Assembly: GCA_050633205.1 (NCBI GenBank) | Contig: JBOEGA010000020.1 | Location: forward strand, 1,387-65,386 | Length of the DNA: 64,000 nucleotides | Direction: 5' to 3' | Origin: Methyloligellaceae bacterium | GTDB lineage: Bacteria; Pseudomonadota; Alphaproteobacteria; Rhizobiales; CBDHHC01 | Part shown: piece after piece, positions 37,198-47,034 of the stretch | Numbering within the stretch: the stretch's first letter is position 1 | Layout of the letters: each line of letters starts with the position of its first letter | Program-made: the position numbers and the translations under genes | The notes under the pieces: generated by a model | What the model saw: only the letters and a program-made list of their open reading frames with translations | The model's database searches: none | Told to the model about the DNA's origin: nothing

Positions 37198-37204
37198 TCA
37201 GGTT

Positions 37205-37585
37205 CTAGAGAATATCCAGGACTTTCTCAGGGGGGCGGCCAATAGCTGCTTTTTCACCATTAACAACGATAGGGCGTTCCATCAGGTTAGGATGGTGAAC
37301 GATTGCATTAAGTAGCGCAGTGTCGTCAAGGCTTTCATCGCCCAGCTCAAGTTCTTTATAAATAGCCTCGTTCTTACGCATGATATCTCTGGCTGAAACA
37401 TCAAGCATAAGTAGAATATCGGTCAATTCATCCACACTTGGCGGATTTTCAAGATATTCAATGACTTCAGGCTCAATGTCCTTGCTCTGCAGCAGTTTCA
37501 AAGTCGCCTTCGACTTTGTACATCTTGGATTATGGTAAATAGTAACCATTTTGGCACCTGTTATTATTCTGAGACCAATCCTCAC
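37205..37585 (-). CDS. ArsC/Spx family protein (glutaredoxin-type arsenate reductase-like)
   Basis: MVTIYHNPRCTKSKATLKLL...ERPIVV. The likely start is ATG 37549, preceded by AGGTG. Confidence 0.85.
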   Translation of the reverse strand: MRIGLRIITGAKMVTIYHNPRCTKSKATLKLLQSKDIEPEVIEYLENPPSVDELTDILLMLDVSARDIMRKNEAIYKELELGDESLDDTALLNAIVHHPNLMERPIVVNGEKAAIGRPPEKVLDIL

Positions 37586-37709
37586 GGGAACCCATCCCGC
37601 ACAACCAGCCCCCCTGAAAACGGAGGTTATAAGGCTGTTCGCTATGAAAATTGGGCAAATTCTAGTTAATTCGGCTGTGTAAATAAGGGATCATCTGGGC
37701 AATATCAAG

Positions 37710-38813
37710 TTATTGCTCCATGGCTTCCTGCGGGTCTTTGACCCATAGCTCCGCATTTGACCCTGTAATCTCTGATATAGTGTTTAAACCATTTTCTTCC
37801 ATATAGTCGATAAGATAACGTTTTATCTTTCGAACTAGACCCGGGCCTTTATAGACCAAACCGGTATAAATTTGAAGCAGAGACGCTCCTGCCTCAAGTT
37901 TGGCAACTGCTGCCTCCCCTGAATCTATACCACCCACACCAATTAAAGGTATTCTTCCCTTGGTCAGGCAATATACTTTAGCCAGCATATGTGTGGCAAT
38001 CTCAAACAGTGGAGCTCCTGAGATACCGCCAGCCTGTCCGGCAAGCCCGCCTTCCTGAACTCCGTCTCTGGAAATCGTCGTATTCGATATAATTATGCCA
38101 TCAACCGCGTTCTCAACCAGGCAGTCCACAATAACAGGTAACTCATGATCGAGAAGGTCTGGTGCCAGTTTCACAAAAATTGGCCTCCAGGGGTGCCCTC
38201 CTGACATCATGGCACTGCGGGTCTGCATAAACCATGATAACAGCTCATGTAAACGTTCAGGAGTCTGCAGATCTCTTAGCCCTGGCGTATTCGGAGAGGA
38301 AATATTGATTGTGAAATAATCAGCCAGATTACTGAAAAACTGCAACCCTTCAATATAGTCCTCATTCGGGTTCTGACTGTTTTTGTTTGCACCGATATTT
38401 ATCCCGACTACACCTTTTCTTTCCAGATTATCAAGGCGGTCTTTCAGTGCAGTAAATCCGGCATTATTAAAGCCCATACGGTTCAATATAGCCTCATCCT
38501 GTGTCAGGCGAAACAGTCGTGGTTTCGGATTGCCATCCTGAGGGTGGGGGGTAACTGTGCCAACTTCAGTAAAACCAAAGCCCAGATCAAGAACCTGATT
38601 GGGAACCCGTCCGTCTTTATCGAAGCCTGCGGCCATGCCAAGAGGGTTAGGAAAGCGCATGCCAAAAATTGTTTGCGCAAGTTTAGGGTCTTCGGGTTGT
38701 TTCTGTGAAAGGTAAATACCTTTCTCCAGTAACTGTAAGGTAAGCTCATGAGCTGCTTCAGGAGGTAACAGGCGCAGCATTCGTGGCGCTATATCAAAGA
38801 GTGTTAGGTACAT
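37710..38813 (-). CDS. pyrD: Dihydroorotate dehydrogenase (quinone), class 2
   Basis: Motifs are FPNPLGMAAGFDKDG, GFTEVGTVTP, NRMGFNN, NISSPNTPGLR and GVGGIDSGE. Confidence 0.95.
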   Translation of the reverse strand: MYLTLFDIAPRMLRLLPPEAAHELTLQLLEKGIYLSQKQPEDPKLAQTIFGMRFPNPLGMAAGFDKDGRVPNQVLDLGFGFTEVGTVTPHPQDGNPKPRLFRLTQDEAILNRMGFNNAGFTALKDRLDNLERKGVVGINIGANKNSQNPNEDYIEGLQFFSNLADYFTINISSPNTPGLRDLQTPERLHELLSWFMQTRSAMMSGGHPWRPIFVKLAPDLLDHELPVIVDCLVENAVDGIIISNTTISRDGVQEGGLAGQAGGISGAPLFEIATHMLAKVYCLTKGRIPLIGVGGIDSGEAAVAKLEAGASLLQIYTGLVYKGPGLVRKIKRYLIDYMEENGLNTISEITGSNAELWVKDPQEAMEQ

Positions 38814-38839
38814 TTAGGTAATCTCGGGAAGATTGGAGA

Positions 38840-39208
38840 TCAGGGTTTCTCACCCTCCAAAGCCCTGTCTACTGGCTTCACCCAAATAACCGCATCAAGC
38901 TGCAATTGTCCATACAGATGTGGAAACAAATCCCCATCTCTTGATGCTTCATACTTAAGATGTTCTTTTATTTTAGCTTCATCAACAGCAATGAGCAGAA
39001 GGTCCTGCTGTCCTTTAAAATGTTTTTCCAGTGTTCCCGGAACCTGCTCCCAGGTGGATAAATGAATAAATCCATCCCGCTCGTCATCAGAAGAGCCTGT
39101 ATAAACTTCTCTTTCTGCAGCTTTATCCCATTCACTTTGCGAACAGATTTTATAAATTATCTCGGTCATTGAAATCCTCATATAAAATAACACCGTTATT
39201 CCTGACAT
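38840..39208 (-). CDS. DUF952 domain protein
   Basis: IYKICSQSEWDKA...DGFIHLST..Q...LFPHLYG. The likely start is ATG 39169 (MTEIIYKI), preceded by GAGGA. The hairpin at 39190-39221 argues against the longer track start. Confidence 0.8.
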   Translation of the reverse strand: MSGITVLFYMRISMTEIIYKICSQSEWDKAAEREVYTGSSDDERDGFIHLSTWEQVPGTLEKHFKGQQDLLLIAVDEAKIKEHLKYEASRDGDLFPHLYGQLQLDAVIWVKPVDRALEGEKP

Positions 39209-39221
39209 AGAATAACGGTGT
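39190..39221 (-). terminator. 11-bp perfect hairpin (ACACCGTTATT-cctgacatag-AATAACGGTGT) flanked by T/A runs, downstream of the VWA gene
   Basis: It lies between the VWA stop (39265) and the DUF952 start (39169). Confidence 0.6.
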
Positions 39222-39264
39222 TTTTGTTTTTAAACTGAGATTTCTGCCAAAAACAATTTTATTT

Positions 39265-40593
39265 TTAGTATTTCTGCTGAGTTTTTCCCTGATGCTGTCT
39301 GGATCTCATAAGTTTTCTGGTAGCAGCCCAGTTATTACCATCCAGATTATCAGCCTCTTTTTCATTATCAGCAGACATTTTTTTCAGCTTTTGAGAACCA
39401 TATTTATCTGCCGCAGATTTCAAATAAGCTGCATTGGAACTGAGAAGCCCACGTGCCTCTTCTACCTTACCTTCATCCCTGAGCTTAACAGCACGCTCAT
39501 TTTCAATGACCGCTATTTGTGTCGCAACAGAAGTCATCACTGACTTGTTAGCACTGGCTTCCCAGTCCTTTTTGTCCTCAACAAGCTTAACCTGAACCGT
39601 AGAATGGTCAGATTTCTGCTCTTTACTCTTCATATCAAGGTAACGGATCCTGACCTCGGCAAGCTCAAGCTCCTCCTCAGAGAAATCCTCAGGTGCCTCA
39701 ACTTCAAGAATAACTTCCTTCTGCTGTGAGCCATAGATCTGGTTCAGCCGGATACGAACACGGTTTTCATCAATTGTAACCTCTCTTCCCAGAGAGCGGA
39801 GTGGAATAACTCTGTTATGCAGGATCACTTCAATTTCCACATCCTGCGCAACAACTGATAATACATCTCCAAATTCATTATTAAATACAGCAACCAGATC
39901 ATCCGCATTTTTAACAAATGCATGATTTCCGTCACTGTTAAATGCCAGCTTGGCCATCAGGTCTTCATTATACCCGAGCCCAAGGCCGATAGTCGTAATA
40001 GCAATACCGTCCTTAGCTGCTTTTCTTCCCAGCTCGGCAACCACATCAGGCTTGCTCGGGCCAACATTAGCCAGCCCGTCAGAAATCAGAATAACCCGGT
40101 TGACCTTGTTTTTATCCAGAAACTTACTAACTTCACGAATGCCGGTCTGCGTTCCTGCATATAGTGCAGTTGAACCACCCGGACGTATTTTCTCTATTCT
40201 CTCACTGATATAATCGCTGTCACCAACCTTGGTAGCCGGCACAATAACTTTAACCTGAGTGTCATAGGTAACGACAGATACGATATCTTCCGGCGAAAGC
40301 CGCCCGACTGCCATAATCGCGGCATCTTTGGCCCGTTCCATCTTGGCCCCTCCCATAGAGCCGGATTTATCAATAACTATGGTAATATTAACCGGAGGAC
40401 GGTCTTCTGTCGTCGCAGGTTTCTCCCCCTCAAGGTGAATACGGATATAGGCTTTCTGCTTTTGATTTTTGAGAAGAACAGAATGTCCAGGCTCAGCTTT
40501 TACTTTAACTGTAGCCTGAGCTGAAATAGAAAAAAGTGGTGTCGCCAGTGCAAGCACACCCCAATAGGCAAAAAGAAATTTTGTAAACTGCAT
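39265..40593 (-). CDS. Secreted von Willebrand factor type A (VWA) domain protein
   Basis: It has a signal peptide (FAYWGVLALATPLFSISAQA) and the MIDAS motif VIDKSGSMGG. The C-terminal part is a helical Lys/Glu-rich region. Confidence 0.85.
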   Translation of the reverse strand: MQFTKFLFAYWGVLALATPLFSISAQATVKVKAEPGHSVLLKNQKQKAYIRIHLEGEKPATTEDRPPVNITIVIDKSGSMGGAKMERAKDAAIMAVGRLSPEDIVSVVTYDTQVKVIVPATKVGDSDYISERIEKIRPGGSTALYAGTQTGIREVSKFLDKNKVNRVILISDGLANVGPSKPDVVAELGRKAAKDGIAITTIGLGLGYNEDLMAKLAFNSDGNHAFVKNADDLVAVFNNEFGDVLSVVAQDVEIEVILHNRVIPLRSLGREVTIDENRVRIRLNQIYGSQQKEVILEVEAPEDFSEEELELAEVRIRYLDMKSKEQKSDHSTVQVKLVEDKKDWEASANKSVMTSVATQIAVIENERAVKLRDEGKVEEARGLLSSNAAYLKSAADKYGSQKLKKMSADNEKEADNLDGNNWAATRKLMRSRQHQGKTQQKY

Positions 40594-40922
40594 GCGTAAC
40601 GCTCCCTTATGTCAGGCATGACCAACAAGAAAATCAAAATACGTCATTGATTGATCCCTATAGATAGTAACAATTTAAGGCAAAAACAGTTCTTTCCCTT
40701 GAGAACCTGTAAGCCAGTTCATCATGTATTAGTCGGTGTGACAGGAAATATTTGAAAATATTGGAAAAAATTAACCATATTGCTTCTTACTAAAAGAAGA
40801 CAGAAAACATTGTCTTGTTTATAGAATTTTAAAGTAACAGTCCGATAAAGCTCTGGTGGAATAGTTGTATGTAGGTTGTGAATACTCTCAACCTTGAGTT
40901 TTAAGAGTGGTAGGTTATGTAA

Positions 40923-41789
40923 ATGACAGTAAAACGCGATAAAAAACCTTTGCGCCGCAAGCGTAGACTTAAAGGAGCAGTTTCCGAACAGCAGCCTGCT
41001 GACGAAAATAAGCATGCTCATCAGGTTCAGGAAAACTCATTCTGTCATCAGTCCGCCAATTCCTGCGGGAATACCGACCGAACCTACGCAACTTCATCAG
41101 GTCAGGACATTAAGTCCGGAGGAGATACAATCCGGGATAGAGATTACGCATATACAGATGGATATGAAGATCGTATCAGAACTATTGCTGATGCAATTTC
41201 AGATGAGCTGACAGATATATACGGCGGCCCAGGATATCCCAATGCCGGAGACACAGTGCAGCAGGAAAAAGCTCTGCCGCCTGAAGTGCAGAATGAAATC
41301 CAGTCACTCTTGAACGCTGCAGCCAAGGTCGGTGACGTAATCCGTCATTTCCATGACGTAGCAAACAGAACCAACCTTTTTGCATTAAAAGTTACTGCTG
41401 ATGCCATGAAGGCAGAAAAAGGCGGTGCAGATCTTGCTGTTCAGGTAAAAGATCTTGCCGACGAAACATATATTTCTGCGGAAAAAATCTATGCCTGCAT
41501 GCATTCAATCCAGCAGAGTATAGTATCAATCGCAGACAACCGTTTTGATGATTACAAACACTTTCCCGTAAATGAAAGTGACTTTTTCCCGCTGGCCAGT
41601 CAGAGAGAAGAAGAAAACTACGAAGCCCTGGACGCAATCAGCCCACGCACTCTGAAGTCTCTGGTAAATGAACTGGATAAACTGAAGGCAGCAAATAATT
41701 CCGACCAGCATTACGAAGAGCTGGGAAATTTTGCTGACCAGTTAAGCGCAGAAATCAGAAATCTTAAGCATCAGCTTCAGACCGGATAA
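40923..41789 (+). CDS. Hypothetical soluble protein with a degenerate MCP-signalling-domain-like segment
   Basis: VANRTNLFALKVTADAMKAEKGGADLAVQVKDLADET resembles the methyl-accepting chemotaxis hairpin tip ([32 protein letters not shown].LA). No TM helix or sensor domain is visible. Confidence 0.45.
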   Translation: MTVKRDKKPLRRKRRLKGAVSEQQPADENKHAHQVQENSFCHQSANSCGNTDRTYATSSGQDIKSGGDTIRDRDYAYTDGYEDRIRTIADAISDELTDIYGGPGYPNAGDTVQQEKALPPEVQNEIQSLLNAAAKVGDVIRHFHDVANRTNLFALKVTADAMKAEKGGADLAVQVKDLADETYISAEKIYACMHSIQQSIVSIADNRFDDYKHFPVNESDFFPLASQREEENYEALDAISPRTLKSLVNELDKLKAANNSDQHYEELGNFADQLSAEIRNLKHQLQTG

Positions 41790-41825
41790 GAAAAAGGTCA
41801 CCATAATCAATATGGTGACCCTTAA
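41790..41825. terminator. 10-bp perfect hairpin GGTCACCATA-atcaa-TATGGTGACC between convergent genes
   Basis: It is preceded by A5 on the + strand, which is a T-run after the hairpin on the minus strand. Confidence 0.6.
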
Positions 41826-41849
41826 TCATTTATATTGCAGGAGGCAGTA

Positions 41850-42623
41850 TCAGATGCTGATAAAATGCTCCTGAACCTGCTCACTGACCAGCTTCAATTT
41901 AGTATCTTCAATATCACTCGTGACTGAAAAACTAAGCTTGCCATCAAACCAGAAGAAGCAGTTAAGCTTGTTTTTTGTCCAGAGCTTCATGGCTTTTCGT
42001 TTTGGTGTATCATTCTGTCCAACAAGTAAGGTGATACGTTTGCCATTCACATTTTCATACATAAACAAAACCGCCGGCTTGTCTTCATGAGGAACAATCC
42101 GTCCTCCCAAAAACTTGAACCCTGCAAATGTCAGCGCAGGAGGTGTTAGCGACCTGGCCATTCTTTCCTTAACAAGAGCCAGGAAATAACTTTGTTGCGG
42201 AGCTGCAAATTCAACCGGTTTACTCACATCACTGGCAAAAACCAGATGCGAGCTGATTGCATTCTGTGCAAATAATGGCCAGCTTTTCTCGGCTTTGGGG
42301 CCGCTCATATACAAACCGGTTCCGATTCCGGTGACCAGCAGAAGTATTGAGGCCGCCATATTTCTCCACGGTATCGTAAAGGATTTTTTCGGACGTGCCG
42401 ATTTATTCAGAGTTTCCTGGATAGCATAGGGAATTGTCTCATCAAGAACCGGATCAAAAGCAGCTTTCAACTTTGCTTTCTGTTCTTTCCAGAGTTCTGT
42501 TTCCTGCTTCTGATCAGGATGTTGCCGCAACCATGTCTCGACTTCCCGGCCAGCTTCAACGTCAAGCTCGTTATCAACAAAAGCGTGAAGTGCTGTCTCT
42601 CTGATTGTATGCTCATCACTCAT
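41850..42623 (-). CDS. Membrane anti-sigma factor
   Basis: The N-terminal segment is LHAFVDNELD..EAGREVETWLRQHP, followed by one TM helix. There is a 4-nt ATGA overlap with the upstream ECF sigma gene. Confidence 0.7.
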   Translation of the reverse strand: MSDEHTIRETALHAFVDNELDVEAGREVETWLRQHPDQKQETELWKEQKAKLKAAFDPVLDETIPYAIQETLNKSARPKKSFTIPWRNMAASILLLVTGIGTGLYMSGPKAEKSWPLFAQNAISSHLVFASDVSKPVEFAAPQQSYFLALVKERMARSLTPPALTFAGFKFLGGRIVPHEDKPAVLFMYENVNGKRITLLVGQNDTPKRKAMKLWTKNKLNCFFWFDGKLSFSVTSDIEDTKLKLVSEQVQEHFISI

Positions 42624-43147
42624 TTGCTTTGCCTCGCTGGTATATCCGAAGTTTCGCTCATAATAATCTTCAATCGGCTGCGAGCCCTGCTTAAACGGGA
42701 CATAACAGTACCAATTGGAGTACCTATGATATTTGCGGCTTCTTCATAGCTAAGCTCTTCTATCGCAATTAAAACCAGAACCTCTCTTTGATCATCCGGT
42801 AATTGAGCAAGAGCTTTTGATATATCATGAACAATCACTGCCTGTTCCGCCTGAACCGGTTGTTGGGCAAAATTCTGCTCTGATACATCATCAATATTCA
42901 TGTGCGGTCCGCGTCGTATATCCTGTCTCAATCCGTTAATGTACAAATTGCGCAAAATCGTATAGAGCCAGGTACGAATATTCCTTGTTTCATCATACAG
43001 GTGTAATCGCGTTAAAGCGCGTTCAATACAGTCCTGTACCAAATCATCTGATAACGTTGGGTTGCCCGTAAGTGCTCGCGCAAACCTACGCAAGTAAGGT
43101 ACTTCCATAGCAACTCTAGATCGTAAATCCTGTTTATCCGAGCCCAC
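42620..43147 (-). CDS. ECF-type RNA polymerase sigma factor
   Basis: Motifs are YLRRFARALTGNPTLSDDLVQDCIERA and EELSYEEAANIIGTPIGTVMSRLSRAR. Confidence 0.85.
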   Translation of the reverse strand: MGSDKQDLRSRVAMEVPYLRRFARALTGNPTLSDDLVQDCIERALTRLHLYDETRNIRTWLYTILRNLYINGLRQDIRRGPHMNIDDVSEQNFAQQPVQAEQAVIVHDISKALAQLPDDQREVLVLIAIEELSYEEAANIIGTPIGTVMSRLSRARSRLKIIMSETSDIPARQSK

Positions 43148-43566
43148 TTATGTAACCTTTCCTACAAGTATACACATTACAGGTCGATTTTATTCCATGT
43201 TTCGGCATAATCCACCCATTAGAAATGCAAATTATTAATGTTTCAGCTCTTTTTTTTGCATAAATCCGAAAAAACAGGCCTATGTTCAGGAATGATTAAT
43301 GTTACAGTCCAGAAGCAACAAATCTCATTCTGCTCTGATTCACGAGTATAATAACCGTTAGCCTGCCCCATGATTCTTAAGCGCTATGTTACCATTGAGA
43401 TATGACAGCGCTAGCATTAATTTGGAAAATATAGTGCATGTTTATGGCATGTTGTATTAATTGGACATAATTTTTTTGGATTGCCGTAATTTTAAACATT
43501 CAGGCAACAAAATGCACCATTAAAGGCAGGAAAGTTTCTTAAATACAGATCCTGTGACTGGCGCAA

Positions 43567-44421
43567 TCATATGACCAGTCTGTTTTGCCCCACAGTGATA
43601 GCTTCCTTGAGAAAGGTAACCAGAACTCTTTCACGAAAATCATGCTCGATAATGCGTGTCCCAAGTGCAATAGCCCCAACAAACCCCTCGACATGCCAGT
43701 GCCCGACAAAGGGAAGCTCAGGCAGGGAAACAGGTTTGAGATAGGGCCAGGGTGTTACATAGAAATAGGGCTCGCTGTAGAAATTATCTCCCGGAGACAT
43801 GCCAACACCGATTATCGGAGTGAAATCCGGACTTGGGCTGCGAAGATGAATAAGAAATGCCATATCGAAATGATGTGGCCAGCACCTCACCATAGAGACA
43901 TTAAGGGATTTTGCTGATAATTCCCGACCTACATTAAACAGTATCTTCTGAGCATCGCTATACCATAAACCAAGCTCCTGAAGTGCAATAGCAGAGTCTA
44001 TAGTATCGTAAGGAGAGCCTGACTGAACCGGATGGTGCGGAATTTTATAAGGCAGCTCACGTTCCAGCTCTTCCGGATCAAGGTCAGTCTGGGCCAGTTG
44101 ATCCTCGACCCATTCTCCGATTTCCTCATCAGTCTTGTCATCCAGATGAATTTCATGGCTGTATCCATCTGGATGAACGCAGAACAATACCAGCTCCGAC
44201 ATAACCAGCCCGAATGCTGTATTATTAGGCAGATAATGCGTCAGCATCGCCTGATCATTCTGGGACCAGGTCAGGCTGGTATGGCTGTCGTCAGGTTTTG
44301 CAGGAATATAGGATCGTGTAATACGCGCAAGCCATTGGGTTGCGCTATGGGCCTGTAGGCGGGCCTCAGTCAGAAGCCGGGGATCTGTTGACCCCGCCTG
44401 CATCATCATATTCCTGTTCAT
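43567..44421 (-). CDS. Hypothetical protein (284 aa), probably co-transcribed with egtB-egtD
   Basis: Its start lies 14 nt after the egtD stop. I recognise no motif. His-rich patches are present (WPHHFDMAF, VGHWHVEGF). Confidence 0.6.
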   Translation of the reverse strand: MNRNMMMQAGSTDPRLLTEARLQAHSATQWLARITRSYIPAKPDDSHTSLTWSQNDQAMLTHYLPNNTAFGLVMSELVLFCVHPDGYSHEIHLDDKTDEEIGEWVEDQLAQTDLDPEELERELPYKIPHHPVQSGSPYDTIDSAIALQELGLWYSDAQKILFNVGRELSAKSLNVSMVRCWPHHFDMAFLIHLRSPSPDFTPIIGVGMSPGDNFYSEPYFYVTPWPYLKPVSLPELPFVGHWHVEGFVGAIALGTRIIEHDFRERVLVTFLKEAITVGQNRLVI

Positions 44422-44435
44422 ACGGCGATAGTTTC

Positions 44436-45410
44436 TTAATTAGTGTTATTGGGTACGAGATAGTGGATGCTAAAAAGATTTGCCTGATCTGTCCAATATT
44501 TTAATCGTTTCCAGCCTGCTGCCTCTGCAAGTGCACAGAAACTGTCAGTTGTATATTTATGTGAATTCTCTGTATGAATGGATTCTCCTTTTGTAAAGGA
44601 GAAATCCTGCCCGAGAATACTGGCATTCTGGTCAACGAGGCTTTCCAGGTGCATTTCTATGCGCTGGGCCTGTGAGTTATATATCGCTTTATGGCGAAAA
44701 GCCGAAACATCAATATCCCCTCCAAGCTCCCTGTTGATCCTGGCAAGGAGATTCAGGTTAAAGGCTGCTGTAACACCCTCGGCATCATCATAGGCAGGTA
44801 TCAGGATATCGGGAGACTTCAGCAGGTCGACGCCAATAACTAGACCACTCTTGCTGCCCAGAATTTCTTTGGCGCTTTTTAAAAACTCTATCGCATCCTC
44901 AGGCACAAAGTTGCCAATAGTAGAACCCGGGAAAAAGCCCAGATGGTAATTTTCTTTTAAAAGCTCGGGTAAATCAAAAGGCTGCGTAAAGTCAGCATGA
45001 ATTGGATTGATATCTATATCAGGAAAGCAGTCCTGCAGGTCATCTTTCGCGTCATCAAGTGCTGACGAGGAAATATCAATAGGGACATAGGAATGAACCT
45101 GATCAAGGGAATTTATAACATATTTGGTTTTTTTACTGGAGCCGGAACCAAATTCAATAAGCGCAACATTGCCTCCGGCAATAGTCGCAATTTCATCTGA
45201 GTATGTTTTTAATAAACTGATTTCAGTGCGTGTGGGGTAATATTCTTTCAGGTCAGTAATCTCTTCAAACAAAACCGAGCCTTTGTAGTCATATAGAAAA
45301 CGGCTGGGGATAGCTTTATTTTTCTGCTGAAGGCCATTAATGACCTCCAGCGCAAACTCATCATCATGAGAGTTTATAGGTATAGTTATAGGGTCAGTTG
45401 AAATCTGCAT
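44436..45410 (-). CDS. egtD: L-histidine N-alpha-methyltransferase (ergothioneine biosynthesis EgtD)
   Basis: Motifs are PSRFLYDYKGSVLFEEITDLKEYYPTRTEISLL, LIEFGSGSSKKT and FFPGSTIGNF. Confidence 0.9.
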   Translation of the reverse strand: MQISTDPITIPINSHDDEFALEVINGLQQKNKAIPSRFLYDYKGSVLFEEITDLKEYYPTRTEISLLKTYSDEIATIAGGNVALIEFGSGSSKKTKYVINSLDQVHSYVPIDISSSALDDAKDDLQDCFPDIDINPIHADFTQPFDLPELLKENYHLGFFPGSTIGNFVPEDAIEFLKSAKEILGSKSGLVIGVDLLKSPDILIPAYDDAEGVTAAFNLNLLARINRELGGDIDVSAFRHKAIYNSQAQRIEMHLESLVDQNASILGQDFSFTKGESIHTENSHKYTTDSFCALAEAAGWKRLKYWTDQANLFSIHYLVPNNTN

Positions 45411-45499
45411 ATTGGGAAGCCTTTATTTTGATGGGGGGAGGGGGGTGAGCCTGACCCGGAGGAAATAATATCCGGATCAGGTAGGTTAGACACCTTTTG

Positions 45500-46804
45500 T
45501 CAGGAGCTTTCCGCCAGCCGGAGCCCTTTGAACTGCCAGCGTTCTTCAGGGCAGAAGAAATTGCGGTAGGTAGAGCGGATATGTCCGTCTGGCGTTGCAC
45601 AGGAGCCGCCGCGCAGCACATATTTATTGCTCATAAACTTACCATTATATTCACCAACAGCGTCCGCTGTAGGTTGAAAGCCGGGGTAGGGTGTATATGG
45701 GCTTTGTGTCCATTCCCATACATCACCAAAAACTTGCAGCAGATCCTGATCCGCACCCGGAACTGCAGGTAAGGGGCGGATAGCCCCGGAACCAAGTGTA
45801 TTGCCAGTAACCGGCACATTTCTGGCGGCAAGTTCCCATTCAAATTCTGTAGGAAGTCTCTTGCCAGCCCATTTGGAAAACGCATCGGCTTCATAGTAGC
45901 TTACATGCGCAACTGGTGCATTAGGATCAACAGGCTGCAGCCCGCGAAGAGACATCTTGAACCAGCTATCGTCTTTACGTTCCCAGTATAACGGTGTCTT
46001 CCAGCCTTCTGACTGCACAATAGACCAGCCGTCATCAAGCCAGAGCGAAACTGTATCGTAACCGCCATCTTCGATAAACTCCAGCCATTCGCCATTTGTT
46101 ACCAGACGGTTAGCCAGTTTGTAGGGGGGCATATAGTGTTTGTGAACAGGTCCTTCCATATCATATGAGAAGCCTGTCCCGTCATAACCGATATCAACAA
46201 GTCCACCATCAAAACTTTTCCAGGATAGTTCAACAAATGACATGTCAACTTCACGTGGTGCGGGGTTTTTATAGGCAGGGCGCAGCGGATTGACTGCAAA
46301 AACTGTCAGTATATCCGTCAGTAAAAGCTCCTGGTGCTGTTGTTCATGGTTGATCCCGAGTGCAATTAACTCGGCAAGTTCAGCAGGAACATAATCTTCA
46401 TACTGGTTGAGTAACTGATGTAGATGCTCATCAACATACAATCTGTAGTTGCGAACTTCCTGAGCTCCGGGACGTGTCAACAACCCTCTGATAGGACGGG
46501 GATGTCGCTCGCCAACAGAGTTATAGTATGAATTAAAACAATACTCAAAGTCCTCATTAAAACGGACATAACCCTTTAAATACCGGGATAGAATAAAAGC
46601 TTCAAAAAACCAGCTGGTATGAGCCAGGTGCCATTTTGTTGGACTTGCATATATAGCTGACTGAACTACCTGATCTTCATCACTTAAGGGAGCTGCAAGA
46701 GAAGAGGAGAGTTCTCTTGTTTGAAATAATTGTTTGCGGAAGGATTGGGCAGAATACTGAACTTTTTCAGCAGTCTTCTGTTCGGTTGGCATGTAAAACT
46801 CCAT
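45500..46804 (-). CDS. egtB: Ergothioneine biosynthesis sulfoxide synthase EgtB (DinB-like plus FGE-sulfatase domains)
   Basis: Motifs are SPTKWHLAHTSWFFE, INHEQQHQELLLTD, VSYYEADAFSKWAGKRLPTEFEWE and VWEWTQSPY.PYPGF...RGGS. Confidence 0.9.
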   Translation of the reverse strand: MEFYMPTEQKTAEKVQYSAQSFRKQLFQTRELSSSLAAPLSDEDQVVQSAIYASPTKWHLAHTSWFFEAFILSRYLKGYVRFNEDFEYCFNSYYNSVGERHPRPIRGLLTRPGAQEVRNYRLYVDEHLHQLLNQYEDYVPAELAELIALGINHEQQHQELLLTDILTVFAVNPLRPAYKNPAPREVDMSFVELSWKSFDGGLVDIGYDGTGFSYDMEGPVHKHYMPPYKLANRLVTNGEWLEFIEDGGYDTVSLWLDDGWSIVQSEGWKTPLYWERKDDSWFKMSLRGLQPVDPNAPVAHVSYYEADAFSKWAGKRLPTEFEWELAARNVPVTGNTLGSGAIRPLPAVPGADQDLLQVFGDVWEWTQSPYTPYPGFQPTADAVGEYNGKFMSNKYVLRGGSCATPDGHIRSTYRNFFCPEERWQFKGLRLAESS

Positions 46805-46991
46805 TTTAACAGCCGTTTCGATGAGGCACTATAACATTGGATGGACGTTAAATATATGATCCATCCGTAGCTAGTGCATATCAGGGTCTGACCTGATCAA
46901 CTCATGAATATATTGACTGGTGAAGTTTTTACTACACTGCCTCACAGATTTGTTATCCGTTGACGTTGGAAATATTCGGGAGGGGGAATCC

Positions 46992-47016
46992 GAGAGCTTC
47001 AGCATCTGAAGCTCTC
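46992..47016 (-). terminator. 11-bp perfect GC-rich hairpin GAGAGCTTCAG-CAT-CTGAAGCTCTC, 18 nt downstream of the regA stop
   Basis: Read directly from the sequence. There is no T-tract. Confidence 0.5.
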
Positions 47017-47034
47017 CAATAGACGATATAGAAT

